Below are positions 60,932 to 62,393 of a stretch of DNA of 62,393 nt, piece after piece. The notes beneath the pieces are model-generated. The model had not been told where the DNA came from. It worked only from the letters and a program-made list of their open reading frames with translations, and ran no database searches. Origin of the DNA: a bacterium. GTDB taxonomy: Bacteria; Bacillota_I; Bacilli_A; Izemoplasmatales; UBA1188. The translations under genes and the position numbers were made by a program. Location: the NCBI GenBank assembly GCA_017960565.1, contig JAGCYY010000004.1:1-62393 (forward strand), read 5' to 3'. Numbering within the stretch: the first letter of the stretch is position 1; each line of letters opens with the position of its first letter.

Positions 60932-62393
60932 ATGAAAAGGAAAATACTTAAAGTAATATGTGCTTTCTGTATTTCCCTTCTAAGCGTAATTGTTTGTTTG
61001 ATTACTTTTGGCGGGGTTACTGCTCATGCAGAATCGCAAAACAAAGTGACCATTGAAAGTAATCAGGACGTGACGAAAGGAAATACTTATTATGGTTATG
61101 TTTACATTGAAAGTTTAGAGAACATAGCTTCTTTGAATGTGAGTATTCATTATAATTCAGATGTTATCATCATTACTAGTACCTATAACCAGGCGTCTTG
61201 CGCTTTATATGATAGTTCAAATATAAATGAAACACTTAGCTATTCGTATATTTTTAATGCGGGTGGTCAAAACAATAAAACAAATCTATTCTATTTCATG
61301 TATACTGTTTCTGAAAGTGCAGAATCATCAAGTTCATGGTTCGATGTAGTTATTGATGATGCATATAATTCTAGCTTAGAAAGCGTAAATGTTTATGGTT
61401 CAAGATACTATTTTGATATAAAAGATAGCCAACCAATAACTAAGACTTGTTACATTTATGGAACATCATCAGTAAGTACAAAAATAGAAGAAGAATTTGA
61501 AATATCATATCGTTTTGACTCTTATGAAATAGCTTCTGGATCCATTGAAATCCAATATGATCGTGATTTGTTCGAATTTATTTCATTAACTCAATTGAGT
61601 TTTTTAACTAGTAAAATGGTAGATGTAAATTCATCTATTGCTGGATCAGTATTAGTATCATTCTTAGGCACAGAATATACGTATAACACTGATTTCCTAA
61701 GATTAAAGTTTAAAACTATCGGAAACGAAAATACTAATTCAACAATTAAACTAACAACTTCAGGTTTTTACGACTTAGAATTAAATAGTGTTTCTTGTAG
61801 CGGAACATCTACTAGCGTAATGATTTCTTATGATAGTAATTATGACGATTCTTTATCAAAGATGTTTATAACATCAAATTATGATTTGACTAACAATCAA
61901 GTAAAAGTTTTAGTTGGTTTATCTGCTAATTCAAATTTAGGAGCTGGTGACTTTACTCTTTCTTGGAATAAGAATTATTATGAGTTTGCTTCACTTGAAA
62001 AGAAGTTCACTCCTTCCTTCTTTAATGTCAATGATAAATTGACAGACGATGGAAAGTTGAAGTTTTCGATTATTTCATTAACTGATATTACTAGTGCAAC
62101 GGAAGTGATAGAAGTTACACTTAATGTTATAACTCAACATGATGAAACTATTTCAGCATTTGAAATTACTGGTAGTGGTCTTTCAGATTCATTAACTAAT
62201 TCAATTTATTTAAATTTTGTTAACTGTAATCAAACTATTCCTGGTAATTGTACATATGATGAATGGACGGTAACAAAAGAACCAACATGTACAGAAAAAG
62301 GCGAAGAACATCGAGTTTGTAGTGTCTGTGGTCATGAAGAGACTAGAGAAGTGGCTGCAAAAGGACATTCTTGGAGAGAAGAATGGACAATTG
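60932..62393 (+). CDS. Secreted scaffoldin-like protein with three tandem cohesin-like domains, then a Cys/His repeat; truncated by the window end
   Basis: SD GAGGAG; frame open to the window end. Signal peptide MKRKILK...VTAHA|ES. Three ~135 aa beta-rich units with IASLNVSIHYNSDVI / IASGSIEIQYDRDLF / LGAGDFTLSWNKNYY and LFYFMYTV / FLRLKFKT / VIEVTLNV. Then EWTVTKEPTCTEKGEEHRVCSVCG..GH. Confidence 0.75.
   Translation, partial: MKRKILKVICAFCISLLSVIVCLITFGGVTAHAESQNKVTIESNQDVTKGNTYYGYVYIESLENIASLNVSIHYNSDVIIITSTYNQASCALYDSSNINETLSYSYIFNAGGQNNKTNLFYFMYTVSESAESSSSWFDVVIDDAYNSSLESVNVYGSRYYFDIKDSQPITKTCYIYGTSSVSTKIEEEFEISYRFDSYEIASGSIEIQYDRDLFEFISLTQLSFLTSKMVDVNSSIAGSVLVSFLGTEYTYNTDFLRLKFKTIGNENTNSTIKLTTSGFYDLELNSVSCSGTSTSVMISYDSNYDDSLSKMFITSNYDLTNNQVKVLVGLSANSNLGAGDFTLSWNKNYYEFASLEKKFTPSFFNVNDKLTDDGKLKFSIISLTDITSATEVIEVTLNVITQHDETISAFEITGSGLSDSLTNSIYLNFVNCNQTIPGNCTYDEWTVTKEPTCTEKGEEHRVCSVCGHEETREVAAKGHSWREEWTI

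Noticed and set aside
1-62393. CRISPR array or cas genes
   Set aside because: No regularly spaced direct repeats and no Cas-like proteins seen. The AAACGGAATTTA repeats near 610-766 are short, irregularly spaced and IS-associated.

Overview
AT-rich bacterial chromosome segment using genetic code 11 (TGA is a stop, e.g. 19391-19393). Gene content and the absence of the usual cell-wall neighbours suggest a wall-less Bacilli/Mollicutes lineage such as Acholeplasmatales or Anaeroplasma (inference). Most of the window is housekeeping: rluB-cmk-rpsA-der-hup, efp, rdgB, a complete HisR-regulated his operon extended by two AICAR-recycling genes, a pck-oadA-oadG-biotin carrier-oadB-birA operon, tsaE-tsaB-rimI-tsaD, glnS, pcrA-ligA-uvrA-lgt-whiA, tex and tRNA-Ser(GCT). 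Accessory or unusual parts are the 3' end of an IS30 element (1-781), a degenerate HsdM-HsdS-like fusion gene, a decayed Rhs cassette missed by the ORF track (8206-8779) and a degenerate TPR-GGDEF-EAL protein. The best candidate for a new system lies downstream of the tRNA: a lipoprotein subtilase with a C-terminal dockerin (57014-60916), followed by a secreted protein with three tandem cohesin-like domains (60932 to window end, absent from the ORF track). Together they look like a cellulosome-style scaffold built around a protease. All family assignments come from motif recognition by eye; no searches were run.
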